A DNA stretch of 64,000 nt, from assembly GCA_018303885.1 (NCBI GenBank), contig JAGVXG010000009.1:27611-91610 (forward strand). The letters are read 5' to 3'. The position numbers and the translations under genes are program-made. A model generated the notes under the pieces. That model had not been told where the DNA came from and made no database searches. It worked only from the letters and a program-made list of their open reading frames with translations. Origin of the DNA: Candidatus Pacearchaeota archaeon. GTDB taxonomy: Archaea > Nanobdellota > Nanobdellia > Pacearchaeales > GW2011-AR1. Below, in pieces: positions 44,812 to 54,555 of the stretch (position 1 is its first letter; each line of letters begins with the position of its first letter).

Positions 44812-46641
44812 TTATTTGAAATAATAATCCAAAAAGCCGTTACCACTAATTACAGAGCCAGTTATACTGCCTGAGCCTTCGCCAGAAGAACTAGAAGTTC
44901 CTGATGATTCCGACGTTGTTGTCGATTCTGTTTGAGTAGTTGTTCCCTCGCCAGAAGTTGTTCCTGACGATTCTGTAGGGGGTTGTGTAAATTCTGATGG
45001 TGGTTGTTGGAATTCCGGAGGCGGTTGCTGCTGGAATTCTGGTGGCGGTTGTTGTTCTTCTCTAAATTGATCTCTGAACTGACTATCGTCAAAACGCTCT
45101 GAAGCTCGGCAATTACATTGTCCGTTAGAGAAGTCCCATGCAGATCCCTGGCTTAAACATTTTTCTGCGCATTGTCTTTGTGCGTCTTGTGTTTCTCTGA
45201 ATCTTGATTCAAAATTTTCTCTATGTTCTTGGGCGCCTTGTGAAGCGCCATCATAACACTTCAATCTTTCCATCTGATCTTGTATTCCTTGGCAATTTCC
45301 TCCCCCAAATCCTCCGCCAGGTCCTCTAAAGCCTTCGCGTCCTTCACCTCTTCCTTGTGCGTCCATGATTTCTCTGCATTTCTTTTCATCGCCTCTTGTT
45401 TCGCCAGTCAAGCCAGCATCTAAACATTCTTGGGGAGCGTTCAATTGAAACATTAATTTTCCACATTCCCTTGGGTTCGTCAATCCTTTTTCAATGCATT
45501 CTTCTGGTGCATTTTGTTCAAACATGATTTTCTCGCAAATTTTTCTTGCTTCTCTCTCATTTTGAGGGTTTGCCTCTAAAAGGGCATCGCGGCATTCTTC
45601 AGGAGCATTTGTCTGAATCATTATTTTCATGCATTCTTTTGGACTCGTTGCGCCTGCTTCTCTACATTCTCTAGGCATATGTAAATCAATTTGAGACCCT
45701 GACACATCATTTTCCAAACTATCCATAATATCTTGTAAATGCTCTGGAAGTTCAGGCATTTCTAAATTATCCATCTGTTCACACGCTTCCTCATCTCCTT
45801 CAATTTCGCAGGCTGTTGCTAATGGCGCAGCTATTGAGCACATTTCTGCAAACTCTTGAAATGGAATTTCTTCACATCTGCATTCTTGTCCAGCTGTCCT
45901 AAAACATTGGCTCATGATATCTCCAAACAATTTCGCTTCTTGCCTTTGTCCTTCTGTTAATCTTTTATCAAGCTTTTTATGCCAGTTTGGGGAGTCTTCT
46001 CCTGTCAAACAAACTCTAGAGTATTCCATCGGGTCGATTTTTGAAAGCTCCTCACAAAGTTCTTTTATCTTAGAAGAAATTTCAGCGGCAGTAATGATTC
46101 CCTCTTCTGATTCCAGGACTCCGGCGACAAATTCCTCTCTAAATTCTTCGGGAATTTCTGACTCAAGTTCATTTACCGCATTTCTAATCGCCACAGCACT
46201 TCTTCTTGTATCATCTCTTCTGTCTGGATCGCTTTCTGTTTCAAGCTTTTCTGCCAGGGCCAAATAACTGTTAAGCGCTTCACGAGCCTCTTCAACTTTT
46301 CCTTGTTGTATCATTTCTTTTATTTCCGCGATTCTTTCTTCTCTTACATTTAAGTCGTCGCCAAATCTATCGAAAAACTCATCAATAAAATAAAGAGCGC
46401 TATCCGGAGTTGTTCCTGCTTCTGCTCCAAGCTCTGCATCTTGATATTCTGACTCAACTTCAGAAATAATATCTGATTCGACTTCTGCGTCGACTTCGAC
46501 GCCGGTTTCTGTATCAACTTCTGTAGTTATGTCTGTGTTATTTGTATCTGTATCGTTTGTTGTTTCTTCTTGTGCAGAAGTAGCTACTATCGAAAACAAT
46601 GCAAAAAATAGGATTAAAATTAATATGCCTCTTTTATGCAT
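44812..46641 (-). CDS. secreted acidic protein with NAPEEC-type Cys repeats and PPPEFQQ repeats (609 aa)
   Basis: Signal peptide MHKRGILILILFFALFSIVATSAQ. Four tandem units of about 35 aa (QxNAPxEC...GLT..(R/K)EC.K(I/L)M). QQPPPEFQQQPPPEFQQPPSEF, then a Ser/Thr/Gly tail. Confidence 0.65.
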   Translation of the reverse strand: MHKRGILILILFFALFSIVATSAQEETTNDTDTNNTDITTEVDTETGVEVDAEVESDIISEVESEYQDAELGAEAGTTPDSALYFIDEFFDRFGDDLNVREERIAEIKEMIQQGKVEEAREALNSYLALAEKLETESDPDRRDDTRRSAVAIRNAVNELESEIPEEFREEFVAGVLESEEGIITAAEISSKIKELCEELSKIDPMEYSRVCLTGEDSPNWHKKLDKRLTEGQRQEAKLFGDIMSQCFRTAGQECRCEEIPFQEFAEMCSIAAPLATACEIEGDEEACEQMDNLEMPELPEHLQDIMDSLENDVSGSQIDLHMPRECREAGATSPKECMKIMIQTNAPEECRDALLEANPQNEREARKICEKIMFEQNAPEECIEKGLTNPRECGKLMFQLNAPQECLDAGLTGETRGDEKKCREIMDAQGRGEGREGFRGPGGGFGGGNCQGIQDQMERLKCYDGASQGAQEHRENFESRFRETQDAQRQCAEKCLSQGSAWDFSNGQCNCRASERFDDSQFRDQFREEQQPPPEFQQQPPPEFQQPPSEFTQPPTESSGTTSGEGTTTQTESTTTSESSGTSSSSGEGSGSITGSVISGNGFLDYYFK

Positions 46642-46801
46642 AAATGCTTTTAATGAATAAACGTTTATAAAATTATTGGAATATTTTGGGAACTCATTTT
46701 CAGCTGTTATATTGACTAAACCAGGTTTATTGCAATTAAAATAAGTTAATTATAAACTCCAAAGCATATAATAATATAAAATAAAAAACTTTTGTGCTTA
46801 G

Positions 46802-48001
46802 ATGCTAATTGAAATAATTCTTTTTCTGTGTTTCGGAGTTCTCGTGGGAATTTTCACTGGTTTAATCCCCGGAGTTCATATAAACATGATAGGAACTCTG
46901 ATTGCTTCTTCGTCTTTGTTTATCCTAGCAGCAATAAACCCAATTTATCTAATTGTTTTCATAGTTTCTATGTCGATAACTCATGTTTTCATTGATTTCA
47001 TACCAAGTATTTTTTTAGGAGCTCCGGAAAGCGGAACAGAGCTTTCTGTTTTGCCTGGACACGAAATGTTAAAGCAAGGCCTAGGATTCCAAGCAGTAAA
47101 CCTTGCAGCTCTTGGCTGTTTAATTGGACTTTTTATCTTTGTTTTAATGATTTTTCCCTTATCTTTAATTGCAAAAGCTTTCTCTGGCGCTGGCACAACA
47201 GTTCAAAAGATAATTCCTATTGTCTTGATTCTTGTTTCTTTGAATGTAGTCTTCAGCGAAAAAAGAAAATTCTCTGCTCTATTGGCATTTGCCCTTTCCG
47301 GAATTCTCGGTTTAATTGTTTTAAACCTTGATTTAAAAGAACCGTTAGTTCCTCTTCTTACAGGGCTTTTTGGGGCATCAAGTGTTCTTTTAAGCATAAA
47401 ATCAAAAACAAAAATAGGGAAACAAAGTCCAAATAAAAAAGTTAAAGTAAAAAAACTGAAGCCGATTTTAGCTTCTACTATTTTCTCGCCGTTAAGCTTA
47501 TTTTTTCCAGCATTGAGCAGCGGACAGATTGCAGTAATGGGAAATAGATTCGCTAAGGCAGATAAAAAAGAATTCTTATTTATGCTCGGTGTTATCAACA
47601 TTTTAGCAATGTCTTTTTCTTTTCTAGCCTTGTTTTTAATATCAAAAACTAGAACCGGCTCTGCAGCAGTAATAAAAGAGCTTATTGGCGTTCCAGAAAT
47701 CAATGTCTTTGTTTTAATTGTTCTTGTTGCATTAATCTCAGGGGTTGCTTCATTTTTTATAGTAAAATTTTTATCTAAAAAATTTCTTTTAATTCTTGAA
47801 AAAGCAAATTACACAAAAGTGTCTTATTCAGTTCTTGTAATAATGTCTATCGTAACTCTTTTTATTTCTGGTTTTTTTGGTTTCCTTGTTTTGCTCATTT
47901 CAGCAGCCACTGGTATTTATTGTATAATGCTTGGCGTTTCAAGGATTAATATGATGGGTTGTTTGCTTCTGCCAACAATTGTTTTTTATTTGATGATTTA
48001 G
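46802..48001 (+). CDS. polytopic membrane protein, possibly TctA/DUF112-like
   Basis: About 10 TM helices. GLIPGVHINMIG near the N-terminus resembles TctA-family motifs. Tentative. Confidence 0.4.
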   Translation: MLIEIILFLCFGVLVGIFTGLIPGVHINMIGTLIASSSLFILAAINPIYLIVFIVSMSITHVFIDFIPSIFLGAPESGTELSVLPGHEMLKQGLGFQAVNLAALGCLIGLFIFVLMIFPLSLIAKAFSGAGTTVQKIIPIVLILVSLNVVFSEKRKFSALLAFALSGILGLIVLNLDLKEPLVPLLTGLFGASSVLLSIKSKTKIGKQSPNKKVKVKKLKPILASTIFSPLSLFFPALSSGQIAVMGNRFAKADKKEFLFMLGVINILAMSFSFLALFLISKTRTGSAAVIKELIGVPEINVFVLIVLVALISGVASFFIVKFLSKKFLLILEKANYTKVSYSVLVIMSIVTLFISGFFGFLVLLISAATGIYCIMLGVSRINMMGCLLLPTIVFYLMI

Positions 48002-48004
48002 AAT

Positions 48005-48727
48005 TTAATTTATACTACCAAATAGCTTGCCAAGCCATTCTTTAACAGAATCAATAAACTGAAGTGAGCCTTCTTCACAGCTTCCATCTTCTTTACATGT
48101 GCATGGTTTTTTCTCTGTCAATAAAAGACCGCCGGAACAGTAATATTCTGTTAGACCCCCATTCAGGCAGGTATCAGTCCTCTTAGTTTCATGAATCCCC
48201 TCCTTATCTTCTGAAAGTTCTGTCGTAATGCCCTCTTTATAATAATTTCTGCCCCAATTTCCACTTGCTAATTCTAAGGCAGTATCCCCAATAGTGTAAG
48301 CATCAGTATCTGTACAAGAGTATAACGCTCCCTCTGAAACTTCAAGGGTAACTTTATTACTGCCTTTTTGAAGCGGTTGGATTGTAAAATGAAAACCAGA
48401 AGTGAAGGTTCTTATTCCTTCTTCCTTTGAATAAAGATTGGCAACAGGAATGCTATCTCCATAATAATCTATATTACCTTCTTTAGTAAAAAGGCTTATT
48501 GTAGCCAAATTATCTGTCGCAGATACTCCCCCTAACACATAATACTGAACATTCTCCTGATAACTAAAATATTTAACCCTATATCCTTCATTAAGATTAA
48601 TTACGTCTCCAGGAAAAAGATTATATTCTCCAACACCCCTATATGTTTTAGCTTGAGATAAAGAAATTAATAGAATAAATAAAAAAGAAAAAAGAAATAT
48701 AAAAACCGGTCTCTTCTGTATTCTCAT
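48005..48727 (-). CDS. secreted Cys-containing protein related to the CTDSDGG module (about 240 aa)
   Basis: Best start is the ATG at 48727, giving the signal peptide MRIQKRPVFIFLFSFLFILLISLSQA. The C-terminal CTDTDAYTIGD...YYCSGG...CTCKEDGSCEEG resembles modules of the 957-aa protein. The ORF-track extension to 48823 reads through (ATT)7 as poly-Ile and into the polD 3' end. Confidence 0.6.
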   Translation of the reverse strand: MRIQKRPVFIFLFSFLFILLISLSQAKTYRGVGEYNLFPGDVINLNEGYRVKYFSYQENVQYYVLGGVSATDNLATISLFTKEGNIDYYGDSIPVANLYSKEEGIRTFTSGFHFTIQPLQKGSNKVTLEVSEGALYSCTDTDAYTIGDTALELASGNWGRNYYKEGITTELSEDKEGIHETKRTDTCLNGGLTEYYCSGGLLLTEKKPCTCKEDGSCEEGSLQFIDSVKEWLGKLFGSIN

Positions 48728-48748
48728 AATAATAATAATAATAATAAT
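48728..48748. repeat. (AAT)7 trinucleotide microsatellite abutting the ATG of the secreted protein gene
   Basis: aataataataataataataat read directly. A TATA-like TTTAAA follows at 48754-48759 (48753-48760 with one flanking base each side). Confidence 0.9.
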
Positions 48749-48776
48749 AAGCTTTAAATTTCTTTTGGCTGAAGTT

Positions 48777-51700
48777 TTAAAACCACTTCCCCAAGTCTTT
48801 CTGGGTTTCGGCTTCTTTTCCAAATACAGAGTCTATGTGACGCTTTGTAAGTTCAAGGCTTTGTATAATATACGTTGAAAGATTGTATTTCTTTGCGAGG
48901 GCTAAAGCAGGTTCTAGATATTTTTTTATTCCGCCTTCATTTGTTGTGAAAATAATCTTTCCATTGCATTTTATACATGTTCCAGACAACGGCGGGCGCC
49001 TCATAATTTCTCCACAGGCAACGCAGCGAAATTCCTGCATAGAAAACTTCCTCAGATTTCCCCTCATGTCTTTGATAAAATGTCTTTCAATCACTAATCT
49101 TGCTGTATCAGAAGTATTTGCAGCGCGGATTTTTTCGACGAGCTCCATTTGCCGCTGGACTTTTTCCTGCATGGTGGCAAGAAGTTTATAATTCGAACAA
49201 ACAACTCCTTCATTTATGTTTGAAGTTTCATGCGTGTGCCCCATATTTATGAATGGGTCTTTTCCTTCTTTCAAAGCCGTTCTCACATCATAAACTTTAA
49301 TTTCAGAAGAATGCTTTCTCTGTTCAGCTGCCCTATACAACTCAAGAGGATATTCGTTAACAAGCTCAAAATCAAGTATCTGATCGTCCACCTCGCCAGC
49401 ATCGATCTTCGCGTTTAAAACTAATGGAGAATCTTGGGTTCCTCCCCGATGACTAGGCAAAAACTTTCTTGAAAAATTTAAGAGAACATCGCCAAGAAGC
49501 ATTATTGCCGCCTCGTCGCCGTCACATCTAGTATTTATTATCTGTTCTCCCCAAAGAACATTTCTGTCTTTTTTGTCTTTCCATTCAATTTCAACACAAT
49601 AAGAATTTCCCTTGTCTTTAATCATCTCGACATTTTTTACACGGTCTTCAACATAATCGCTTTGTGCAGCCATTAAAATTTGTTTTCCGTTATATTTTAA
49701 GTATCTGTTTTCGCATCCTTTCAAAATCTCGAGTTTATTTCTTTTAGAACTATTTACAACATTTAAATACTTGGAAAGAAGATAAGAATCGTAAACACCT
49801 AAAACTAAATGATTCAATATGTGTTTTTTTGGTTCTTTTCCTAACGCTTTATACCTTTCCAAAACAGTTTTTCCTGGCAATCTCTCCTTTGTTTTAAGGT
49901 ATCTTGAAATAACTTTAAATTTACTCATTAATAAAGAAGTGTCGTCCAATAAACTTCTTGAAACAGAATAAAAAACAATATTTCTATCTTTTACTACACT
50001 GCCATCACCTTCAAAAAATGCAGAGAGATATTCTCCTGCAAGACTTTTATCTAATCCAAATATGAAACTAGGAACTCTTTTTTCATAAGCGCCCTTTCCA
50101 CAGCCTAAACAATCAAATAAGTGGTAAACAAGCTTATTGCATATAGTTATCTTGCTGTTTTCTTCGCCTAAACTTGGGCTGCTTCCGAAAACTTTTTTAA
50201 TTAAATAAATAATATGGTCTTGCATCTCACTATTGCATATTCTAAAAGAAACCTGAGAAACCCATTTATTTGTTCTTGAGTGTCCCTCTGCAGCATAATA
50301 CCCAAGCAATCTCGCAAATTCTGGGCTTATTGTTAAATTTGACGGTAGTGTATGCTTAGAAAACTTGTGCCTTAATTTTAAGTTATCTAAATCTGTTTGC
50401 AGCGTAATGTTAAATTTGTCAAGGCCTGTAACATCCCCCCCATTTACGACAAATATCTCCTTTTGTTTTTCTATTGAAATTTTTTCTTTAAATAAAGTAA
50501 TCAAATTGATATTTTTTACCCTTGTTTCAAAATCGAAGTTTTCTAAAATCGGGATTTTATCATCAACTTTTGCTTCTTTGGCGTTTTTAAAATTAAACTC
50601 GCCGTTCTCAATATGCATAAATTTGTGTGTTGGGGTCACAACATACTCTCGATTAGTGGCAGTTGTTATTTTAACCCATTCTTTTGTTTCTGGCCCCTTG
50701 ACAAAATACCTTATTCTTTTTTTCTTTAGTTCATGAGTGTCTGGGTCAATTCCAACAGCAAATATATTTTCTTTGTTTTCAACAGATATAGTTCCAAAAG
50801 AATCTATTTTTTTTGTTCTGGCTCCTTTACTGATTAATTTATCAACATAATCTCCAATATTATCATAAAATATCTCTTTTGTATCTTCATTATAATAAAA
50901 AAACTTGGTTGTCGGATGCACGCAATCCCTTCTAATTGCAGCATGCATGTACGGACTCGCGAAAAGCCCGAGCGTGTTTGAAAATCCAACAATCCTGCAG
51001 ACAACCCCTGCACAATTATGCGGTGCAATGCACACCCCAAGTTTTCCTACAAGATCTTCTCTTTTTTTCACGTTGTACATTGGCCTCAATCCATAAAAAC
51101 TCTCTAAAAGCTCGTCGGTAAAATGGCATATTCTCATAAAAATCTCATCTGCTCTTGATTCTGGTGACTCAGATGGACACGGCAAAAGTATGTCATGCGG
51201 TTTCAATTCAAGAATTTGGTTTTCATCTCTTAGTTCCTTACCGAAAATATCTATATCATAACCAATTTCCTTTAATTTTTCAACACTTACAAATGCTTCT
51301 TTTGGCTTGAATGAAACTAAAGGCATTTCTGTCGCATCAAATCTTATTGTCCCGTCTTTATTCACCTGTAAATTAAATAATGCTCTAAGAATTCCTTTAG
51401 AAAGATGTTCTACAACATGCCCGTGTTTGTCGCATGGATTTAGCAAAGTAGTTTTGCATTCATAACAATAAAACATTTTTATGCACTGTTTTTCACACGT
51501 TTCGCAAATATTTTGTATTGTTTCTTTCTTGCAATTTTCACAGAAATAAACAGGAAAATCAGAGGTAACGCTTCCTGCTTCACATGCTGCCTGAACACTT
51601 CTCAGTCTGCCGCCTTCTTTTCCAACAGGAAATAAAACATTCGGGCTTCCCGTAAGCTTTCTTAGCTTTGCTTTTTCAGGGCGCCCCATTCTTGCTCCAA

Positions 51701-53507
51701 TAAAATCTCCTGCCTTGTCTTTAATTTCAAATTCAGAAACAGAGTTTATAATACTTAAAACATCTTCATCTTTATCAGATTTATATCTCTCGGCGTTTAT
51801 AATTTCTTTTAAATTGTTTTCATTTTCTAAAATATCCTGGCTTATTCCCAAATTCGCAAACAATGCCTTGCTTGTCTCATGGTTAATTACAACATTTTCT
51901 ATAACAACATCATGTTCAACCCCTAAAAGCTCCAGCGCCCTTTTTCCAACATTGAATTTTTCTTCTTCTTTTTTATTGTAAGGGAGAATTACTTTTTTAT
52001 CGACTCTTGAATTTTTCAGCCAGTAAAGAAGTCCTTCTAAATGCTCGCTTGAAATTTGCGTCCAGTAAAAAATATGCCTCGGATTCAAAGGAACTTTATT
52101 CTCGTTGCTTATTTTAGCAGATTCATCAAAACTCAAGGTAAAGGCGTTTATCGTATTCTCAAGACTAGGGTTTTTTTCTCTAAGCTCCAGCGCCCAGATT
52201 TCCTCTACATACCCCGGCTTAATCAAATTAGAATTCCTATTTGCAAGGTCACTGAAAGGAAAAAGTATGTCACCAAGATAAATAATTTCTTCTGTGTCTT
52301 TGTAAAATCTTTTTGCTTCTTCCAGTGTTTTTACCTTTTTCACACTTCCATTAAAAAGTTTTATTATCGGCCCATCTATAACATCACAAGTTGTCACAAT
52401 ACATCCTTTAGTTGGCTTCTCTATCTTGAGTTGGGTTCCTATCGCAATAAAAGAATCTGTAATCCCCATTGTTGCTGGATGCACCGACGCTCCGCTAAAG
52501 CCAGAGCTTCTACCTCTTCCGTATCTAAATCTAAATGCTCCTGACTCTGAAGGATGCCCGAAAACAGGACGCCCGGCAACAAGGTCATTAATGTATGTTG
52601 GAGATTCTTCTGTTTTGCCGGTGTCTCTTTTTTCATGCAGTTTAACATATTCATTAAGAAAGTCCCAATCACTTAACTTAAATCCTTTTTCCCTTAAAGA
52701 ATAAACATACCTGGAAATTTTTTTTGCTTTTTGTGCTAGTCCTTCGCCAATAACAAGGCAAAGACCCCCTCTTATGTAATTTGTTTCTATCCTTTCCTGG
52801 TTTTTATAATTAGAAACTTCCATTTTTTCAGTGGCTTCCCCGTTGACCTGTAAAGGAATGTTTCTTGCAAGGAAATCTGTTTCATTGTCTGTAGGCATAT
52901 ACTGTAAATTCGTAATTCTTTCATGATAATCGTGGAGTTCGACTACAGTTCTTTTTACTTCTATTTCTCGAGGATCGTATTTTGCATAGCCGAAAATTTC
53001 CCTGAGATGATCTATTATCACTAATGAAAATGCTGCTCCTGTACCGCCCGCACTTCTTATTGGCCCTGAAAAATACGGTGACAGATACTCTTTTCCGTCG
53101 CTGGTTTTCATGATTTTTATTGAAGTCATTCCTTCTATAGGACTCGAGACAACACCAAGAGTAATGTATGCTATTCCTGTTCTTGAGCCCGCTTCAATTG
53201 CTTCTAAAAGACCGGAAAATCCACAGAATTTTTGCTTCGCGATTTCTTCTGCAATCTGAAGGCAAATAGCCGGGTTTAGCTTGCCCCATTTTCTCTCAAG
53301 TTCCAAAATTCTCTCGACAATTCCAGAGCCATCCATTTGCGGATATACCGAAGAAATAAGCCCTACGACTTTTTCTGCAAGGCTTCTGGCAAGAGGAATC
53401 TCTACTTTGTTCACGGGATCAAATCCTTTTTTCCTGGCTTCTTCTGCAATTTCATAAATCTTTTTCGTTTCTTCTTCTATTGATTTTAGGTATTGTTGTG
53501 TGTTCAT
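48777..53507 (-). CDS. polC: DNA polymerase II (PolD) large subunit DP2, interrupted by an intein
   Basis: Typical DP2 N-terminus (YLKSIEEETKKIYEIAEEARKKGFDP). Zn clusters. The catalytic region ...SPYMHAAIRRD is followed by the intein, then (TR)CDGDEAAIMLLGDVLLNFSR. Confidence 0.9.
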   Translation of the reverse strand: MNTQQYLKSIEEETKKIYEIAEEARKKGFDPVNKVEIPLARSLAEKVVGLISSVYPQMDGSGIVERILELERKWGKLNPAICLQIAEEIAKQKFCGFSGLLEAIEAGSRTGIAYITLGVVSSPIEGMTSIKIMKTSDGKEYLSPYFSGPIRSAGGTGAAFSLVIIDHLREIFGYAKYDPREIEVKRTVVELHDYHERITNLQYMPTDNETDFLARNIPLQVNGEATEKMEVSNYKNQERIETNYIRGGLCLVIGEGLAQKAKKISRYVYSLREKGFKLSDWDFLNEYVKLHEKRDTGKTEESPTYINDLVAGRPVFGHPSESGAFRFRYGRGRSSGFSGASVHPATMGITDSFIAIGTQLKIEKPTKGCIVTTCDVIDGPIIKLFNGSVKKVKTLEEAKRFYKDTEEIIYLGDILFPFSDLANRNSNLIKPGYVEEIWALELREKNPSLENTINAFTLSFDESAKISNENKVPLNPRHIFYWTQISSEHLEGLLYWLKNSRVDKKVILPYNKKEEEKFNVGKRALELLGVEHDVVIENVVINHETSKALFANLGISQDILENENNLKEIINAERYKSDKDEDVLSIINSVSEFEIKDKAGDFIGARMGRPEKAKLRKLTGSPNVLFPVGKEGGRLRSVQAACEAGSVTSDFPVYFCENCKKETIQNICETCEKQCIKMFYCYECKTTLLNPCDKHGHVVEHLSKGILRALFNLQVNKDGTIRFDATEMPLVSFKPKEAFVSVEKLKEIGYDIDIFGKELRDENQILELKPHDILLPCPSESPESRADEIFMRICHFTDELLESFYGLRPMYNVKKREDLVGKLGVCIAPHNCAGVVCRIVGFSNTLGLFASPYMHAAIRRDCVHPTTKFFYYNEDTKEIFYDNIGDYVDKLISKGARTKKIDSFGTISVENKENIFAVGIDPDTHELKKKRIRYFVKGPETKEWVKITTATNREYVVTPTHKFMHIENGEFNFKNAKEAKVDDKIPILENFDFETRVKNINLITLFKEKISIEKQKEIFVVNGGDVTGLDKFNITLQTDLDNLKLRHKFSKHTLPSNLTISPEFARLLGYYAAEGHSRTNKWVSQVSFRICNSEMQDHIIYLIKKVFGSSPSLGEENSKITICNKLVYHLFDCLGCGKGAYEKRVPSFIFGLDKSLAGEYLSAFFEGDGSVVKDRNIVFYSVSRSLLDDTSLLMSKFKVISRYLKTKERLPGKTVLERYKALGKEPKKHILNHLVLGVYDSYLLSKYLNVVNSSKRNKLEILKGCENRYLKYNGKQILMAAQSDYVEDRVKNVEMIKDKGNSYCVEIEWKDKKDRNVLWGEQIINTRCDGDEAAIMLLGDVLLNFSRKFLPSHRGGTQDSPLVLNAKIDAGEVDDQILDFELVNEYPLELYRAAEQRKHSSEIKVYDVRTALKEGKDPFINMGHTHETSNINEGVVCSNYKLLATMQEKVQRQMELVEKIRAANTSDTARLVIERHFIKDMRGNLRKFSMQEFRCVACGEIMRRPPLSGTCIKCNGKIIFTTNEGGIKKYLEPALALAKKYNLSTYIIQSLELTKRHIDSVFGKEAETQKDLGKWF
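49533..50924 (-). mobile_element. PolD DP2 intein (about 464 aa) with LAGLIDADG homing endonuclease domain
   Basis: Starts CVHPTTKFF (Cys codon at 50924-50922). LAGLIDADG motifs LLGYYAAEGHS and LSAFFEGDGSV. The C-terminal junction reads GEQIIN|TRCDGDE. The exact 3' boundary is ambiguous, at 49533 or 49527. Confidence 0.8.
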
Positions 53508-53522
53508 TTGGCACTCCTGTGG

Positions 53523-53541
53523 CGCGAACTTCCTGTTCGTG
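53523..53541 (-). promoter_or_regulatory. GC-rich hairpin in the polD (DP2) leader next to its Shine-Dalgarno-like AGGAG
   Basis: A 7-bp stem (includes one G.U pair; core CGAAC/GTTCG) with a 5-nt loop. AGGAG lies 6 nt upstream of the ATG at 53507. The surrounding intergenic DNA is otherwise AT-rich. Confidence 0.35.
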
Positions 53542-53580
53542 GAGCTCTTTGACGAATGAATGAAAATCTTTGATTTGTTT

Positions 53581-54555
53581 TCATTTTATTGGAATTATCA
53601 AAAATTCTTGTTTAACTGAAAAATATTGCCTTTCTTTATCCAAAATGTCTTTGTATTCCTTCGAAGCTTCAGACAAACGAACTATCTTATTATTATGAAT
53701 AAATTCCGGATCAATATATCTAAATTTATTTTTTAAAATAACACCCCTGCTTTCTGTCTTTTTTAAAGAAAAACCATTTTTCAACAAGCCTAATCCGAAT
53801 ATGATATTTTCATCCCTGCTTTTTTTTAAAATGTTTAGAATTTCATTGTCTGTTTTCATCATGTCTTCTATAGTAATTATTTTTTTACTTAGGGCCCTTT
53901 TTAAAATATTTGCAAAAATATAGAAGTGGGCTTTTGCTTTATCTTCGCCCCAATGATTTCTATTCATATAAACATAATATTTTGCAAGCAATTCTGCAGA
54001 TTCCAAAGAATTCAAAATAATTTTTCCTCCAACGTTTTTTAAATCTTCAAAAATTTTCTTTGCGTCTTCTATACTATGCATGTGTAAAATTTCTCTTAAG
54101 GAATAGTCTACCCTATCTGCGCAGAGATTTGGGGTGGGTTGTTCTAGCAAAGAAAATTCTTCTAATTCTGCTATTTTTTGTGGGCTGAACCCATATTTTT
54201 TTAAAATAGAACTAATTTCAGTTTTTTCAAGTGTCTTTAAAAGAGTTTTATCTTGGTAATTTTCGTTCGTTGAATCTTCAAAAACCCAATCAATAACATG
54301 AGAGAATGCGGTGTGTGAAGCATCGTGCAACAGTCCCGCTACTTGCTCCTCTATCTTAGCATTTAACCTTCTAAGAAGGATTAAAACACCTACAGAATGG
54401 TCAAATCTTGAAAAGCCTTTTTTATGATAATTCTCGTCGACTATTCCCCACTGGGAAATTTCCTTTAGCCTCTGAATTGGTGGGGAGTTAATGAGTTCTA
54501 TCAAGATTGGTTCATTTATTTCTTCTTCTCCATAAACGATGTCTGTTATTTTCAT
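53581..54555 (-). CDS. HD-domain phosphohydrolase, SAMHD1/EF1143-like (COG1078-type, putative dNTP triphosphohydrolase)
   Basis: ITDIVYGEEEI...SPPIQRLKEISQ...FSRFDHSVGV...GLLHDASHTAFSH parallels the FQRLR...TRFEHSLGV...HD.GHGPFSH layout of this family. Confidence 0.65.
   Translation of the reverse strand: MKITDIVYGEEEINEPILIELINSPPIQRLKEISQWGIVDENYHKKGFSRFDHSVGVLILLRRLNAKIEEQVAGLLHDASHTAFSHVIDWVFEDSTNENYQDKTLLKTLEKTEISSILKKYGFSPQKIAELEEFSLLEQPTPNLCADRVDYSLREILHMHSIEDAKKIFEDLKNVGGKIILNSLESAELLAKYYVYMNRNHWGEDKAKAHFYIFANILKRALSKKIITIEDMMKTDNEILNILKKSRDENIIFGLGLLKNGFSLKKTESRGVILKNKFRYIDPEFIHNNKIVRLSEASKEYKDILDKERQYFSVKQEFLIIPIK

Noticed and set aside
47203-47703. 166-aa minus-strand ORF inside the 46802-48001 membrane protein gene
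   Set aside because: It is an antisense shadow ORF. The plus-strand product has coherent TM topology and the minus-strand product does not. The same reasoning applies to the other listed antisense ORFs, for example 8370-8594, 15160-15525, 25143-25445, 25915-26301, 30423-30698, 45914-46267, 50365-50736, 52056-52544 and 61562-61894.
48728-48823. N-terminal extension of ORF 48005-48823 (MEKKPKPRKTWGSGFKTSAKRNLKLIIIIIII...)
   Set aside because: The extension translates the (ATT)7 microsatellite as poly-Ile and overlaps the 3' end of polD. The internal Met at 48727 gives a textbook signal peptide, so the shorter model is preferred.
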